DNA of 64,000 bases from Eledone cirrhosa (GCA_964016885.1 OZ024743.1:68200001-68264000); one strand, 5' to 3'. Shown: positions 39,515 through 55,489, counted from the first letter of the stretch. Translations and numbers: made by a program. The notes: generated by a model not told the origin, from the sequence alone.

Positions 39515-40389
39515 GTGTGTGTGTGTGTGGTGTGTGTGTTTGTGTGAGTGTGTGTGCGTGAGTGTGAGAATATGTGTGTGCGTTGGTTATTTAAAATGAT
39601 GGTCAATGTGACCTTTCTGTGAAGTCTTATTGAAGTGGTGAAAGAGATTTATCCTAGGAATTGATATCATGAATAGATCAACGTAATAGATTAACTGATA
39701 ATGTTATATTTATTTTTAGCCATGGAATACATGTAACGAACAGTATCATGTCAGAAATATGCAAAACTTCAAAATAATAGAAAACCTGTGTCCATTAATA
39801 TCATATTAAAATTCAGAATGCACAGTAAAGGAAGCTTTTTTGTATAATTATTTATAGTAGAAAGTGTAATCAAGGTGTATCGTACACAGTTTTTCGTGAG
39901 AGACGGATTGAATGAGTGAATCCAGAAGTGTAAATGAGTTAGGATTATTAGCAACTTACTGGCGGGTTTAGCTTTCGGCAAAAATGGTCACAAATGGTAG
40001 AGCTAAATCTGTTGCCGTGTGAGAAAATATGCCCCGGGCTGACTTTCCATTCAAGCATTTGGGGATGTGATAATTTATTTTCATCAGCAATAATGAATAT
40101 CAAATGATCCAAATATACACCGTGTGCATTTGTGTATGTACATATATTTCAAATTATAAATGCGAGAAAATAATAGGCAAAAATATACCTATTTTTTCTC
40201 CAAAGGTCCGATCGCAGTTTTGCACACTGCTTCGCAGCAATCAGCCGTGGGGTTATAAGGCTTATGAAAAGACCCCTGAATTTCGTGAACTGTTTCTTGA
40301 CCCGACCGTCAAGTCAACAGTTGAGCTGACAAGTCAAATGTTCTCAGAGGGTTATATATATGTATAGATATATCACCCCGCATGCAGCC

Positions 40390-40615
40390 CAGACGACTAA
40401 ATATTTACACTGCGGCAGTTCTTCGAGAATGTGTGGGATTGTTGCCAAGTGGTATATTCCTGTTTGTTGACCGTGAAAAGTCATATGACCTCGTTTCTCG
40501 GGACCTGCTGTCGAAGGTTTTACAGGAGTATCAGATCGATGGCCAGCATTTTTCTGCCCAGATGTATCTATTCGAATGTCTGAGAATTAGTGTTGGGATA
40601 AATGGTGTTAAATAG
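40390..40615 (+). mobile_element. LINE (RTE-like) RT fragment
   Basis: LFVDREKSYDLVSRDLLSKVLQEYQIDG resembles the F.D..KAYD.V.R..LW..L..YG motif. Confidence 0.6.
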
Positions 40616-40779
40616 TATACTTTCTGATGAAGTGTAATATATAATTAAGTATTACATATGATTGAACAATATATATTGTAGTCAGCATATTTAGAGAATT
40701 TATAATAGACACGGAAACATATGTCCAAGCAAATAAATTCATAGTATCTTCACGACGACGTTTTATTTTTCTTGGTGCA

Positions 40780-41587
40780 ATACTTGCTTAATAGATACTC
40801 TGTGATCTATTCTGAATCTATATACCATATTCGCCTGCTTGGATATTATTCTATACGATTCAAAGGATACCGCCGAGTCAAACTTTCTGGTAAGTAGCTT
40901 CTTTAAACTCTAAATGACAAGACATGATGCCTATTCACAAAATTTCAGCAAATTTCAATAATATTAAGAAACCCTAATGGGGGTTAAACACCCGATAGTG
41001 AACAGTTTGTCCAATAAATGGAACAAGATGTGTTGTAACAAGATTGCATGAGGACTTGATTGAAGCAACCATTATATTCGGGGCTTACAAAGGTCAAGAT
41101 CTTCTCATTCAGTCAAGATTCTTTTTATACCAAGTGATAGCGAGTTGCCTTTTGCATTTAAGAGGCTGCAGTTCCCAGTGAGGCCATGCTTTGCCATGAG
41201 CATCAATAAGAGTCAAGGTCAAACTTTTAAAACTATTGGTATAGATCTGACAAATCCATGTTTTAGTCATGGCATGTTTTATGTGGCTGTTTCAAGGACT
41301 GGAACTTCAAAAAATCTCTACATTTTAGCCAAGCAAAGAAAGACAAGAAATGTTCTTTACCCTGACGTTCTTCATTAGGACAAAGTATGAAACATATTTT
41401 CATGTATTTATTATGTTAAAAAATGATGTTTTCCAATTGTTCATGCATTACATTTTACATTGAGTAATATTCAAATGCAGAGTTTTTCTCCATAAATTAT
41501 ATCACTGATTTAAAATGAATCATCATTTTCTTACAAAAAAAAAAAAAAAATGTGTGGAACGCAGCAAGGCGCGGGTAATTCGGCTAG
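40780..41587 (+). mobile_element. Helitron derivative with PIF1-like helicase C-terminus
   Basis: PFAFKRLQFPVRPCFAMSINKSQGQTFKTIGIDLTNPCFSHGMFYVAVSR (41145-41378). 3' hairpin and CTAG|T at 41584-41588. Confidence 0.85.
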
Positions 41588-41752
41588 TATATATCTATAC
41601 AAATGTAACAAAGGGACATTTTAATCCATTTACGCCCGCTTGTATATCCCCTCCCTCACTACAAGCAAGCATGCACACACACACGCACACATAGGCATGT
41701 TTACACACACACGCACGTTTTCACATCCACATGCACACTTGTCATCACGGTT

Positions 41753-41824
<72 letters not shown>

Positions 41825-42806
41825 CAAAGGGTTGGGAGCCGACGGCTGAGCTATTGTCGTTTAAACAGATCTCGCTCTCTCTATATATATTCCCAATTGT
41901 TATTTTTTGTTCCGAGATGTGGAATGGTCTACAAATTCAATTGTTATTGAAGATCATTTTATGTAACAATTAAAACCAACGTTTCTATTCCCGACTTTCA
42001 ATGTCAATTTACAATTAAGAATCCTCTCTTTCTTTCTGCACGAGTGTCTATTAAATATTTCGCTCCTTTGAAAGCATGTTAAGCAATCAGGTGTATGTTT
42101 GGAATTTCAGGAGTTAATTGCTGATGATTAAGAGGATATTGTTGGTTTTAATGTTAAATTAGACACACAAACAAAATAATGCTGACGCTATGAACAGCAT
42201 CCATTGAAATTCATTCACATTGTTTCGTGGATAATAATATCGATGATAGGATTTGAAATGCCATCGATATTGAATTAACCCAAAGTTGTTCAGATCGGGC
42301 GAATATTGACCGTACTTTAATCTCAGAATCTTTTACTTTATTATTTGAAATATAATTTATACATTTCTTTATAGTAAGTTACACAAGTGTATACGCCAAG
42401 GAATTACACTGAACCCTACAGAAGAAAAGTCAACTAAACAAAGTAACATCGGAAAGTTCTTAATGAAATCCACTCAAAGACATGCATTGACAGATAAGAA
42501 TCTATATAAGTTTTCTTTGCAATGTAAATTTGTTTTCATTCTATTTTAAATCGACTGAATATAATACTAATATCCGTATAAATAAAATACTATAGTCTCG
42601 AGGAGGATATGTTGGGATAATGTGTAGAGTTGAATTGACATGACATTGTTCAGTAATAAGAATTTAGTGAATGCATTTCTTATTGACATATGTGTATACA
42701 TATGTAAGCATTGCAGTGAGTTGAACATGTTTGCTTTACAAATACGTGTTTTAGGGGAACTTTAGACAAGTGCCTTCTGTTATAGACAAGAGAGATATGG
42801 ATTTAC

Positions 42807-42919
<113 letters not shown>

Positions 42920-43280
42920 GATTTGCTACAGCATAATGTACACTGCAATGAGCGAGTTGTATCAGCTATGATGTACTGAAACTATAGACATTGACTGAGG
43001 AGAAGGGATTATCTGTTTTCCGATGTTTTCCCTTTGTATTTGTCCTGTGTGACCCCCACTGATTTGGATATGTATATATAGTAGACGTGCATATAGCAGG
43101 CATGGAATTATCAATCCACGTATTCCGAATATCCAGAAAAATGGTGTTCGAATATTATACGACCAAAGAAGTAAAACAGGAACGTGACGAAAAGTACTGG
43201 AAAAATACCTAATATATATTAGCCATCAGAACTTATAAAACTATGTTGCCAAAATAACAGTAATTCGGAGCATTAGTGAT

Positions 43281-43459
43281 AATTGTTTCTACTTTAGGCA
43301 CAAGGCCAGCAATTACCCAGTGCATTACTGGTACTTTATTTTATCGACCCCGTAAGGATGAAAGGCAAAGTTAACCTCGGCGGGATTTGAACTCAGATCG
43401 TAACTATGCTGGAAAGCATGGCGTCCGACCCTCTACCGATACTGCCAATCCACCGCCCT
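43281..43459 (-). mobile_element. OK-like SINE, near full length
   Basis: Reverse complement begins gggcggtggattggcagtatcggtagagggtcggacgccatgc. Confidence 0.88.
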
Positions 43460-43939
43460 ACTGCCAATCCACCGTGATAATGTTAATGAGACAACATATT
43501 TAATAACTTACGTAGATATAAATAATAATTCTAAGAACCTAAACAGATCTGATTCTAGCCGAGAGAAACATTCCTAACTAATATTTTTAGATAAATAAAT
43601 GACCAAGATAAGGTGAACGATATCTTCAGGTGGCACATCTTGCGTGACACACGAGATACAAACTATCAGGCATGAAAGTTTTGTTGGAGAAATGAACTTC
43701 ACTTGTGTTGAAAATATAACGATAAGTGGATAGAAATAGCCAGGCGGGGGTGTTTGCTAAAAGTAATTCCTCGTTAAAACCATGGAGCAACTCAAGCAAT
43801 ATATGAAATACTAAATATATAACAATAGTTTAGATCAATACTCCATAATATTGACCTTGCTGCGCAATAATCGCTCAATTTATAATATATATTTATATGT
43901 ATATATATGTTGCTAATACGATTTACCGGTTACAAGTCC

Positions 43940-44062
43940 AGGCAGAGGAGCAACATGAACCAAAGTATTTTATTCAAGGACATAAGGCCTCGCCCGGTCC
44001 GGGATTCGAACTCACAACCTTACGACTGCGACTCAAATTCTATAACCACTCAGCCACGTGAC
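43940..44062 (-). mobile_element. tRNA-derived SINE head (second family)
   Basis: Reverse complement: cgtggctgagtggttatag...gtgagttcgaatcccggaccggg (A and B boxes). Confidence 0.7.
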
Positions 44063-44264
44063 TTCACAGATACATATGGATGTTTAAAACTGTGAATCCT
44101 TCTTTATTATGATTGAAATCACTAGCACTTGCCTCTATAGAACTTACAGAGTTAAAACATTGTTAAACCTTTCCAGTAAAGTCTAGTTTCATCAGCGATG
44201 TATATTTGATCAGCTATGAGATGATATCCCTAAGTGTTGTAGTTACAATACATCTGAGCCGACT

Positions 44265-44412
44265 AATTGTTTTTAATTTAGGCACAAGGCCAGCAATTTG
44301 AAGGGGAAGTGAAAAGTTGATTAAATCGACACCAGTGCAGTACTAGGGCTATATTTTAAAGATCCCGTAAGGATGAAAAGGAAAGCTAACCTTGACAGGG
44401 ATTTGAACTCAG
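44265..44412 (-). mobile_element. OK-like SINE, partial
   Basis: ggcacaaggccagcaattt...ggatgaaaaggaaagctaacc..gatttgaactcag. Confidence 0.75.
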
Positions 44413-44438
44413 TCCTAATAATATGGAATATATATATG

Positions 44439-44510
<72 letters not shown>

Positions 44511-44682
44511 GGAGGTGAGTTTTATTGTAGTACAATAAAGCAATGCAGATATCGGATAAGAAGCACTCTACAGTTTGTAGGACTGGAGTATATATAATAT
44601 ATAAGATCAAGAGTTTTAAATCATATGTTGATTTAAAACTGCACTATCCACAAGTGTTTTTAACCTTCATATCATGTCTTCC

Positions 44683-44753
44683 TATTTTATCTGATGAAAA
44701 CACAAATGTTATTGCATGATGATATTTGTTTTTGAAATGCGCATAATAAAATA
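44683..44753 (+). ncRNA. Type I hammerhead ribozyme in a solo PLE 3' end between (TA)n tracts
   Basis: tattttat-CTGATGA-aaacacaaatgttat tgcatg atgatatttgttttt-GAAA-tgcgca-TA-ataaaata. Confidence 0.82.
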
Positions 44754-44783
44754 CATGGAACTCTTTTAACCATCTTTTGATCT

Positions 44784-44829
<46 letters not shown>

Positions 44830-45159
44830 TTTGAATTTGAAAAAGATTTCGCAATTCCCATTCAAATTTGACTACAACCAATATATATCGAAGTGAATTT
44901 TCTTATCCAGAGAAACATTTAATATTTCACTTGGACTATTATACTACACACTTACACATAGGCATGCACGCGCTCTCTCACACACGCACACACATACATG
45001 ATCTTATATAAACATACATATACATACATATTCATGTGTAGATACACATATGTACAAACACGTTTACAGTTACACATATTTATATAAATGTATGTGTATG
45101 CATATATATATATATTTATGTAAATATTAACATACATATATGCATCTCTGTCTCTCTCA

Positions 45160-45209
<50 letters not shown>

Positions 45210-45219
45210 CCCATTTTTT

Positions 45220-45311
<92 letters not shown>

Positions 45312-45510
45312 ATATATATGTCAATTATTGATTTACTAAACGCTGTGAGCAATGTCAATCTTCATCTATATTCCATATGTCACTGTTCCTGTCTCGGTTA
45401 GTCTAAGCTGAAGTGTTTAATACATCAATATTTGAATATCAACTCAATAACTCGGCACTTGCGCGAAACCTAACGTACAGAATGCAAATATATTGCAAAA
45501 ATAATATATA

Positions 45511-46638
45511 CTAGCTGACATACCCAGCTTTGCCCGGGTAAACAGATGATAAGAGAAGACAGGTAAAAGAGAAAATGACTGTATTGGATGTTTGTCTGGT
45601 TAGAGTATGAGGCGAGTCCCCGGTGTCTGTGTGATACAGAAAACAGTAAAAAAAAGCTTCCAGATATACCAAATTCTTCGTTGTCCCGTCTGTGCATAGT
45701 ATATGAACATTTCTAGGTGCTCCCACCCAGAATAGTGACCTCTAGGAGATGGTTCATCTTCTTCCTGACTGTAAAACGTGTATCATTGTATAGACGTGGT
45801 TGTTCCACGTTTCTCAAAAGGATGATGGAAGTTCCAATCTTTTATATTATATGTAAATATAGATATAGATAATTAATATAAAAGAGGATGCTCAGCCAGT
45901 TCGTCTTCAACAATCGCAGCACGCCGTCGCTGCTTGGCTCCAGTGTTTCGTTGGAGTTGTTCAGCCAGCTCATCTTCATTCATGGCGGCACGTCTTCGCC
46001 TCTGTAGTTCGGCGTTACGATGGCACTCTTCGGCCCGTTTTTCTTCATTCCTGGCTGCATGCCATCGCCACTGTAGTTCACTGTTTGATAAAGTCGAATT
46101 GCTTTTATTATCAGTATTCCTTTCGAGCAACTGTCAAATAATGACACAATAATAAATATAAAACATGTCTGTTAATGTAAAAAAAGGTCCCTACTTACTC
46201 CCTTCACAACTCTGTGTATGTTAGACTCACAGACAGGCACACAGACAGATAAACTGCGTGGCTATTGTGGAACGCCCCACGTACACACACATACACGCAT
46301 GGAAACGCGCACACGCACGCAAACTTACACACGCACCCGTGCACTTACACACACTTACACACTCACACATGTTGACAGTTTTTACTTTCTGTGGAACGCT
46401 GCACGCACGCACACTCACATAAACATACGCGCACGTACATACACACGCACACATGGTAATAGTTACCACGTTCACTCTCTGTTTCTTACTCTCCCCTCTC
46501 CCTCCCTCATTGGCAATATGCGTATTAATTTAAGTTTGGCGTTGTTGAGGTGGGCGGAGACGTTTGAAACCTATGAAACAATGATAATCGAGAATTATGA
46601 CATACGGAATACTGAGGTTGTTGAAAGTTATATATAGA
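45511..46638 (-). mobile_element. Internally deleted Helitron
   Basis: Minus strand A|TC start at 46638; hairpin cccgggcaaagctggg plus CTAG|T at 45511. Remnants: R/E/A-rich RepHel-like N-terminal repeats (45873-46130) and helicase tail GAPRNVHIL..GTTKNLVY.EA. Confidence 0.75.
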
Positions 46639-46680
46639 TGTATATCTACATATATATATGTAGTTAAATATAAATATATC

Positions 46681-46737
<57 letters not shown>

Positions 46738-46759
46738 TATATATGTGCATATATATGTG

Positions 46760-46812
<53 letters not shown>

Positions 46813-47373
46813 CTATGTATACTATCAATCTACCTAACTTTCAGTCTCCTTCTCTCCCCCTTCTCTCTCTCTCACTATATAGATATATACTTTTGAAAAT
46901 GCATTGTGTATTGGCATATTGTCTTTCTTTTCGCAAGGTGAAATATTATATAAAACGAGACGGTAAAAATCACAATAGTTTGCTTGTAGACGCATTTTTA
47001 TATGGCTTTATCTTTTTCATACGACGAGAAGAATTGCTGATATAGGTTCGATTTCCAATAAAATATGGTCGGTTTATTTTACTACTTGAACATGTGATTT
47101 TATTCCCTGGTCTACAGAGTCTGTTTTCTCTTATTCGAACTATATAATGTCAACACCTTCAACACTAACCAGTGTAAAGTGTGTTTCAAACTGTAATTCA
47201 TGAGAGAATGCATCGTTATCTGGATGTATTGAATTGCTGTAGAAACAGAGAGGAACATTTTATTTTATGCTACAAACGAAGAGAAGCGTAAACAAATATA
47301 TATTCATGTGTATATACATAAGCACATGGCCACACACACAAACACTCACTCACATACACACACGCACACACAC

Positions 47374-47434
<61 letters not shown>

Positions 47435-47551
47435 AACGCCAGCAACAGTTTGCAAAAGATGTCAACATGAATGGACCTGTTTTTTATCTAAAGACATTTT
47501 TTTCCAATTCCAACCCACCCGTCCCCTCAATCTATCTTATTTCTCATTCTT

Positions 47552-47587
47552 TCTTCTGATGAAGGACTAGCGTCCGAAACGTTAAGA
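47552..47587 (+). ncRNA. Minimal type I hammerhead ribozyme
   Basis: tctt-CTGATGA-a ggac tagc gtcc-GAAA-cgt-TA-aga; palindromic aacgtt stem III, weak stem I. Confidence 0.65.
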
Positions 47588-47677
47588 CACTCTTCCTGCT
47601 ACATGAAGCGTTAACCTAATATATCCCTTCCATATACTGTACCGATTGTGTTGTTATTTCTGTTTACCTTTTGCATA

Positions 47678-47708
<31 letters not shown>

Positions 47709-48210
47709 GAAAAAAAAAACAATGTCCTCTCCGATGGATACGAAGCGAGGGTGCATTTGAAAACTTCTCGCCAGGCCGGTCGTTAAAGAAGCTGAATGCT
47801 GTCAATGGCAGTGATGGCCAAAAATGCCTCGGAGGAAAGAGACCAGCGGCCAGTAATGAATAGAGAGAAAAAAAACAAGGTGTTTGAGTAGCCGATGAAA
47901 TGTTGAAAAATCATGCGAAACGATTTCGCTGGTTCGTGAGCCTCTGTGTGTGTAAACTTGTCTTGTACATCGCCTCTCTGTGCTCAAACACTTTGCGATG
48001 GTCCTCCCCAATTTCAATCTTTTCTTTATTTTATCTGCCTGACGTCTACCTAGTAGATTGTCTCTCTGTTGACCACTGGCCGCTGATCTCCGTCCTCTGT
48101 GGCTCTTTTTCCCATCGCTATCTTTGGCAGCATTGAACGGTTCCAGCTATGAGCTTTCTCATTTTATATGCCCGCACGCCCACACACATACTCACATATA
48201 CGCTTTTTAA

Positions 48211-48315
<105 letters not shown>

Positions 48316-48869
48316 TTTGTTTACGTTGGCGTATGTGTCTCTAGATATTTCGCGTAATTTCCACAAAAAGAAATTGACAAAATTCATACTAGAATTGGAA
48401 AAGTATGTATTTCTTTAAATATTCACGACTAAATCTCTGTTATATCATGTCACAGTCTTGCCGGAGTCTAATGAGTGAAACCATTAAAAGAATAAAATAT
48501 AATAAAATAACTCTGCAACAGTTTTGCGGAATGAAAAGTTACCTTAGGATTAAAGGAAAACAAGTAACTCGTGGAAAGGTTTTTTTTGCGTACCGGAGAA
48601 TATAAAATGTAATATGGAAGACGTGTCCAAAATTTACTATTTGACGATAAAATTCGATTGGTATAGATTCGAAAATATCAAAGTAATATGTTATATACAT
48701 TTTTGAAGAAGAATTTAACATATTACGCCTACGCCCGCTCGCACGAACACACACACGAACACGCGCACACATACATTTACACAAACCGATAAATATTAGA
48801 GAGAGGCAGAGAGAAAGAAAGAGAATAGAGATAGTGCGTAGTAAAGATATTGTTGCACAAATATGTATG

Positions 48870-48974
<105 letters not shown>

Positions 48975-49793
48975 GTGTGTGTGTGTAGGTGTGGGTGCAC
49001 GCGTGTGTGTGTGCGCATGTGTATGTGTGTGTTTGCAATTGATGTAGATAAAACTGAAAACCAATAAGGGGTGAAGAAATTCCTTTTTTATTGCTACATA
49101 TAAAATATGTTGTATTAAAAATTGAACTGTTATCGGATATAAAATATTTCACTTTGAAATGGGATACTTTTTTAATACTTCGACAAAATGTGGATGATGT
49201 CAGCATATATTTCTTAAGTGAGAGATTTCATACCTAACAATAAAGGCAAATTTTATACAAGACATTCTATGGAAAATATTTCTAAAAAATATTTTTTTGC
49301 CATTTTTCGGCTTCCTTTCGTGTTTATACCAGTTTAATCTGAAAAAGGTTGCTTTTGAAATAGGAATACAAGCTAATCTGATGAAAGAACAAGTCAAGAA
49401 ACTTCTACCGTAGCATGCGACTGTACCCTACATTCAACCTACTCTCTCTAAAATATATAATGGGGTAAGCAAATCATGCTGGTTCTTGTGTTTGGCTTGC
49501 TCGTTACAACGTGGACTTCCACTGAGGCCGAAATAACTTTTATTTGTCTCGCCATACTTGTGTTGTAATGAGATGTGGTTGAACATCAGGCGCAAATCAT
49601 ATGAATATTGATTGCAAATGATAAGAAACATAGAAAGACTGTAATATTCCAGTTTTCAAATCAGAAAGACACGTGATATCTAATTATTGAAAATAATTAA
49701 GACCTTTACTGGTCTCTAACCACATTATCACACTTTATTTTCAAATAAGTTGCTACCCGAAAAATAAAAAAAAATGGTCTGCAATCAACGTTC

Positions 49794-49881
<88 letters not shown>

Positions 49882-50083
49882 TGAGGGGAGGGTGAAGGGA
49901 ATATGAGAGTGTGTAATGCATTTATATAAAGATTATCCTATATGTTTGTATCACACACAGTGTTTGTAAATAGGCGTGTTATACACAAATTTATTTAACT
50001 GAATAGGATGTAAATTATCTACAGTTGTTTCTCCGACTCTCCAGTTCACAATTTGTTTAAAATAAGTTATTTAGGTAATATAA

Positions 50084-50154
<71 letters not shown>

Positions 50155-50730
50155 AGTAAAAATTAGCGAGAATCGAATTTCAGCCTATGAAATAACGAAA
50201 AAACACTTTCGAATTGTGAAGCAAGCTCTCAATAATTCAGAAGAATTAGAGCTTCCAACTTACGTTAAAGGCCAAACACACTGTGATGGTGGTTAAACTA
50301 ATTATCCACGCAGCGAAGATTCGATCTCCTATTTCGGGTCAAACAGATATACAGATATAAAAATATATGAAAGCATAAATGTTTTATATTCACCGGACCC
50401 CTGGAATGATGGTAAAGTCCAGTGTTGGGGTTTCTGCGGCTCCATAAGTCATTTACTGTCCACTTACATAAAGGATGTTAAGTTTCTCGTATCCTGACTG
50501 AACTAGGAGTGCGCGTTATCAACGGGATTCAGTTCAAAAGACCACATAGATGTGTCTGTAACTGACCCCACGTGGGGTTCAGCAAGGGAGGCAACACCTA
50601 AATTAGGCGAATGAATTCATCTGTGTATAATATTGCGAAAATGCAAAATATCACAAATCAAATGAAGCTCTCTACAGGGTGGTTAAATATAACAAAGCTA
50701 TTCGGCAGTCAATAGAATAGACATATAGAC

Positions 50731-50787
<57 letters not shown>

Positions 50788-51045
50788 GTTATATATATAT
50801 ATATATATATAGTTATACTTGGGGAGGGTCATATTTGTGTAATATTGCCAGAATTAATAACAGAACACACTCACTGTTTGGTTGGTTTTCGCTTCTCGCT
50901 GTCTTTTATATCTGCGATCTAACTTAATCGGTCCTCAATGTTGCCATTGACTGACACAAATATGACCCTCCCCAAGTATAACAATATTTGTTTCGACACA
51001 CGATTTTATATAAAAAACCTCGCTAAACTAATATATATATATATA

Positions 51046-51293
<248 letters not shown>

Positions 51294-51414
51294 CGAAGGA
51301 AGTATGGTAAGGAGCGAGGTAGACCTTAGCGCACCAGAGAACTCAATACTTAGGGTAGTAAAGTAGGTAATATATATATATGTATATATATATTCACCCA
51401 TGTAAAACTATTTG

Positions 51415-51503
<89 letters not shown>

Positions 51504-51890
51504 CCATTAAGTTATTTTGATCAACTAATTGTAATACTACTAGTTCTGGTAGGCACCGCATGATGCAATGAATATTCAAACTACTGGACATTACGAACAT
51601 CGTGGTTGGCGCAGGAAACGGAGTAAAATATTTAAAACGGCAACAGTATGGCCGGACTGGTAGATATGGTGTACATTTTATTTAATTTTATTTTTCAACT
51701 TGATACACTCTCCTCCCCTACGATGACTATGGATTCTACGTAACTCTGCTTTTGTAATTCTGTAGAAATTATCTGAGCAGGGTGTCCTGTCTTGCATCAT
51801 AACTGGATTATGGAACTGTGCCATTGCAATATATAAATTATTTCACAGAATAAAAATCTCCCACATATCTCCCTTATATGCAGAAATATG

Positions 51891-51921
<31 letters not shown>

Positions 51922-52119
51922 GTATTCATTACGTTTATTCATTTTTTGCACAAACACATAGAATGTGCTGCATTTTAGCTTTGTATAATACATATTTCTA
52001 TTAAGCTACAAAAAAATACCATTCTGTTCCTAATATGGTGTTTTACGATTACTCGTAGATAACGCTATATGAGCAGCAACCAGTCGCTAAATTGAGTAAT
52101 ATAATATTATATATACATG

Positions 52120-52304
<185 letters not shown>

Positions 52305-52735
52305 ATATATATATATATATATACACACATATATATATATATATATATATAAGCAAACAGACACACCCAGACACACAGACACGCATATATATGAGCACAA
52401 ACAGATATATACTGACACATATACTAACAAACATCGATTTTCCATATTTACAATACAGGCACAGATATTTAATGAGCTATTTAGTAACAAAATTGGCAGT
52501 GATTATTGAAAATTATTCCGTAATATATCAACACTAGAATTTCTTTAAAACCATTTTCTCGCCACTCATTCTATAATTTGGTCAATGAAAAGTCTAAATA
52601 TGGATTTCCAAGAATTCTAAAAGACATTTCACTGTTTAATTCTTTCATAATTGGATTTTAATATATATAGTTCTAGCAACTATACTAACTCTCTCTGTAT
52701 ATACTTGTGGCTTAAATGTATATATATATGTATAA

Positions 52736-52826
<91 letters not shown>

Positions 52827-53118
52827 GTATATATATATTATATATATATACTTTCACATATACATATATATATACGTATATATATATATATATTATATAT
52901 ATGTATATATATATTATATATATAAACTTTCACATATACATATATATATACGTATATATATATATATGTATATATATATTTACATATACATATATACACA
53001 TATACATATATACATACATATATACATATATATATATATGCATATATATATATATACATTACACATACGTAAATACATATATATATATATATATACATAC
53101 ACACACATATGTATACAT

Positions 53119-53157
<39 letters not shown>

Positions 53158-53174
53158 GATATATACATACACAC

Positions 53175-53251
<77 letters not shown>

Positions 53252-53489
53252 TAGATAGATAGATAGATAGATATACATATTGATCTATATATTCATACAT
53301 ATGTATATGGCTGTATGTATATACTAGGTTTATTCTGGTTATATTATATCTATTTTTGGAAAACAGTTTCCATTTCGTTGAATCATCGCCATTTAAGAAA
53401 TATTGACAACAAAAACAACAACAATAGCCCCCAAAAGAGATTTCTTTTTTCCAGAAATACATACAGACTTAAATCAATAATAATAATAA

Positions 53490-53650
53490 TGGTTTCTGAT
53501 GTAGGCACAAGACCAGACATTTGAGTTAAGTGAAAAGTCGATTATATTAACCTCAGTGCATTATTGGTACTTTATTTTATCGACCCAGTAAGGACGAAAG
53601 GCAAAGCTAACATCGGCGTGATTTGAAAACAGAACCAAACGGGTCGTAGC
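53490..53650 (-). mobile_element. OK-like SINE, degraded
   Basis: taggcacaagaccag...ttttatcgacccagtaaggacgaaaggcaaag. Confidence 0.75.
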
Positions 53651-53699
53651 TATTTACCACACTTTAAATATCTAGGGAATAATGATATGAAATATTGGC

Positions 53700-53940
53700 A
53701 AAACTAGATTGTATGGAATGAAAGCAAGACCAGCCAAATTGTAAGTAAAAGTATAAAACTTACACAAACGGATGCAAGGTAACATTGCTCGTATCGTGCA
53801 CTGGAAGTTGTACAAGAAAAATAAGCTGAGGCGTACAGGAAAGTCAGAAGCATTGAGTGTAGTTTGTAACATTCATATCCAATGTGATCACGAAATTCAT
53901 GAAAAAAAATCTTGACATTGGTAATGATGGAAAGGTAATA
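53700..53940 (+). mobile_element. R4-like RLE endonuclease region fragment
   Basis: Y.KR..NIARIVHWKLYKK...IQCDHEI..(P)DI remnant. Confidence 0.55.
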
Positions 53941-54065
53941 GCACGACTTAAATGGATAATACATGTGGCGCCGCAAAGGAAATAATTGTGTTTCTGAGAG
54001 GAATAATAACTATACTAAACGCTACCCCCAAATCTACTGAGACAGAGAGACAGGAAGAAAGAGAA

Positions 54066-54193
<128 letters not shown>

Positions 54194-54718
54194 TGAGAGA
54201 GAGAGGTGTAAACTATGAGGATGGAAATTCTATATATATATATACGAATTGTAGTGATATTTAAGGACGGTAACACCTCTATTAAGCATGAAGTTTGCCG
54301 ATTGTGATCCGTGCATAACTAGTTCAAAATTGGCAATTAAAGGAATAACTCGAATGCAGATAGCTTTTTCTTAATTATAACCAAAGAAGGAAAACCTGAA
54401 AATAAATTAGTCACTTGGTATGTCTTTCTTGTTATGTTTTCAGCCTTTCGAAAATTAAAATTAAAAAAACACAAAAAACAACATAAGTACTGCTTTATAT
54501 AAAAAGCCAGGAAGGTTGTATGGAGGAGCAAGTAGATTACATTGGCACCAATATTAGATTGGGACTTTATTTTTTCGACCCCGAAAAGATTACAGACAAT
54601 GTTGACTGTTTAATCAGACTACCAGATCTACCTATCTTTACTCCTTCCCCACTTTTTGATTACTTAATTTTGTATTTACCTTTCTGTTAATATCTTTGTA
54701 ATTATCAATGGGGATTAA

Positions 54719-54938
54719 CCCTTTAGCATTTACATTACTCTATATATATTATTGTATTTTCATGGTAAAAGCTTTACCTCACATAATTATCTCACTTAGT
54801 ATTGAATCAATGAAATTTGGATATTATACATTTTGCGAACAATACTTTAACATAAGTATGAGCAGCTGGTTATAGCCAGCTTGAGCAGAAAGCGATGAAA
54901 GTATTCTAGCCGGAAATGGCCGGTTAAATGCTAAAGGG
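54719..54938. mobile_element. piggyBac-type MITE
   Basis: 14-bp TIR CCCTTTAGCATTTA / TAAATGCTAAAGGG with TTAA on both sides (54715-18, 54939-42). Confidence 0.85.
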
Positions 54939-55489
54939 TTAAGCCAACTTTGTGACTATTAAAAGAAAGTTATTTATATTATTTTTAAAAGAATAGTAGG
55001 TCTGGGGATTGACTCTCCCGGTGTGATCTAAAAAGGGAAACTGAAACACTACCGTTCTCATCCGTTTGGTGGTGTCCCTAGTCTACTGTATATTTGATAG
55101 TTTCCCCAATCCGACGCGCAACAATGTATGGCTCTGGATAACTGTCAGATACCGACATTCATCATTTGAAATTGGAAATATTCGAAGTATACTGTTAAAA
55201 AATATTGAAGTATATATAGAAGAATATGAAGTGAAGGAGCGTGGCTTACGAGGTAAGTGGTTCTGTTCACGATCACAAAGATGTTAGTGCGATTCTGAGA
55301 CGACGTGAAATCCTTTAGCAAGACAGTCGATTATGTTGGAAAAAACTTATTTGTACCTGTATTTGAAGTATATAAAAATTGTCACACAATGTATCATGTT
55401 TATTCTTCCTAAGAACTATATAAAGTGTGCACGTGTTCACGGAATTTTCAGCCACATCTATGTTAATTTCTCGAGCAAATTGTTTTGTG

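Noticed and set aside
40620-40665. CTGATGA followed by a hairpin
   Set aside because: No GAAA core or stem III after stem II; not callable as an HHR.
44150-44200. Minus-strand CTGATGA plus hairpin
   Set aside because: GAAA falls inside the stem and stems I and III do not form.
46218-46637. 139-aa plus-strand ORF
   Set aside because: Antisense to a Helitron end and built largely from degenerate (CA)n.
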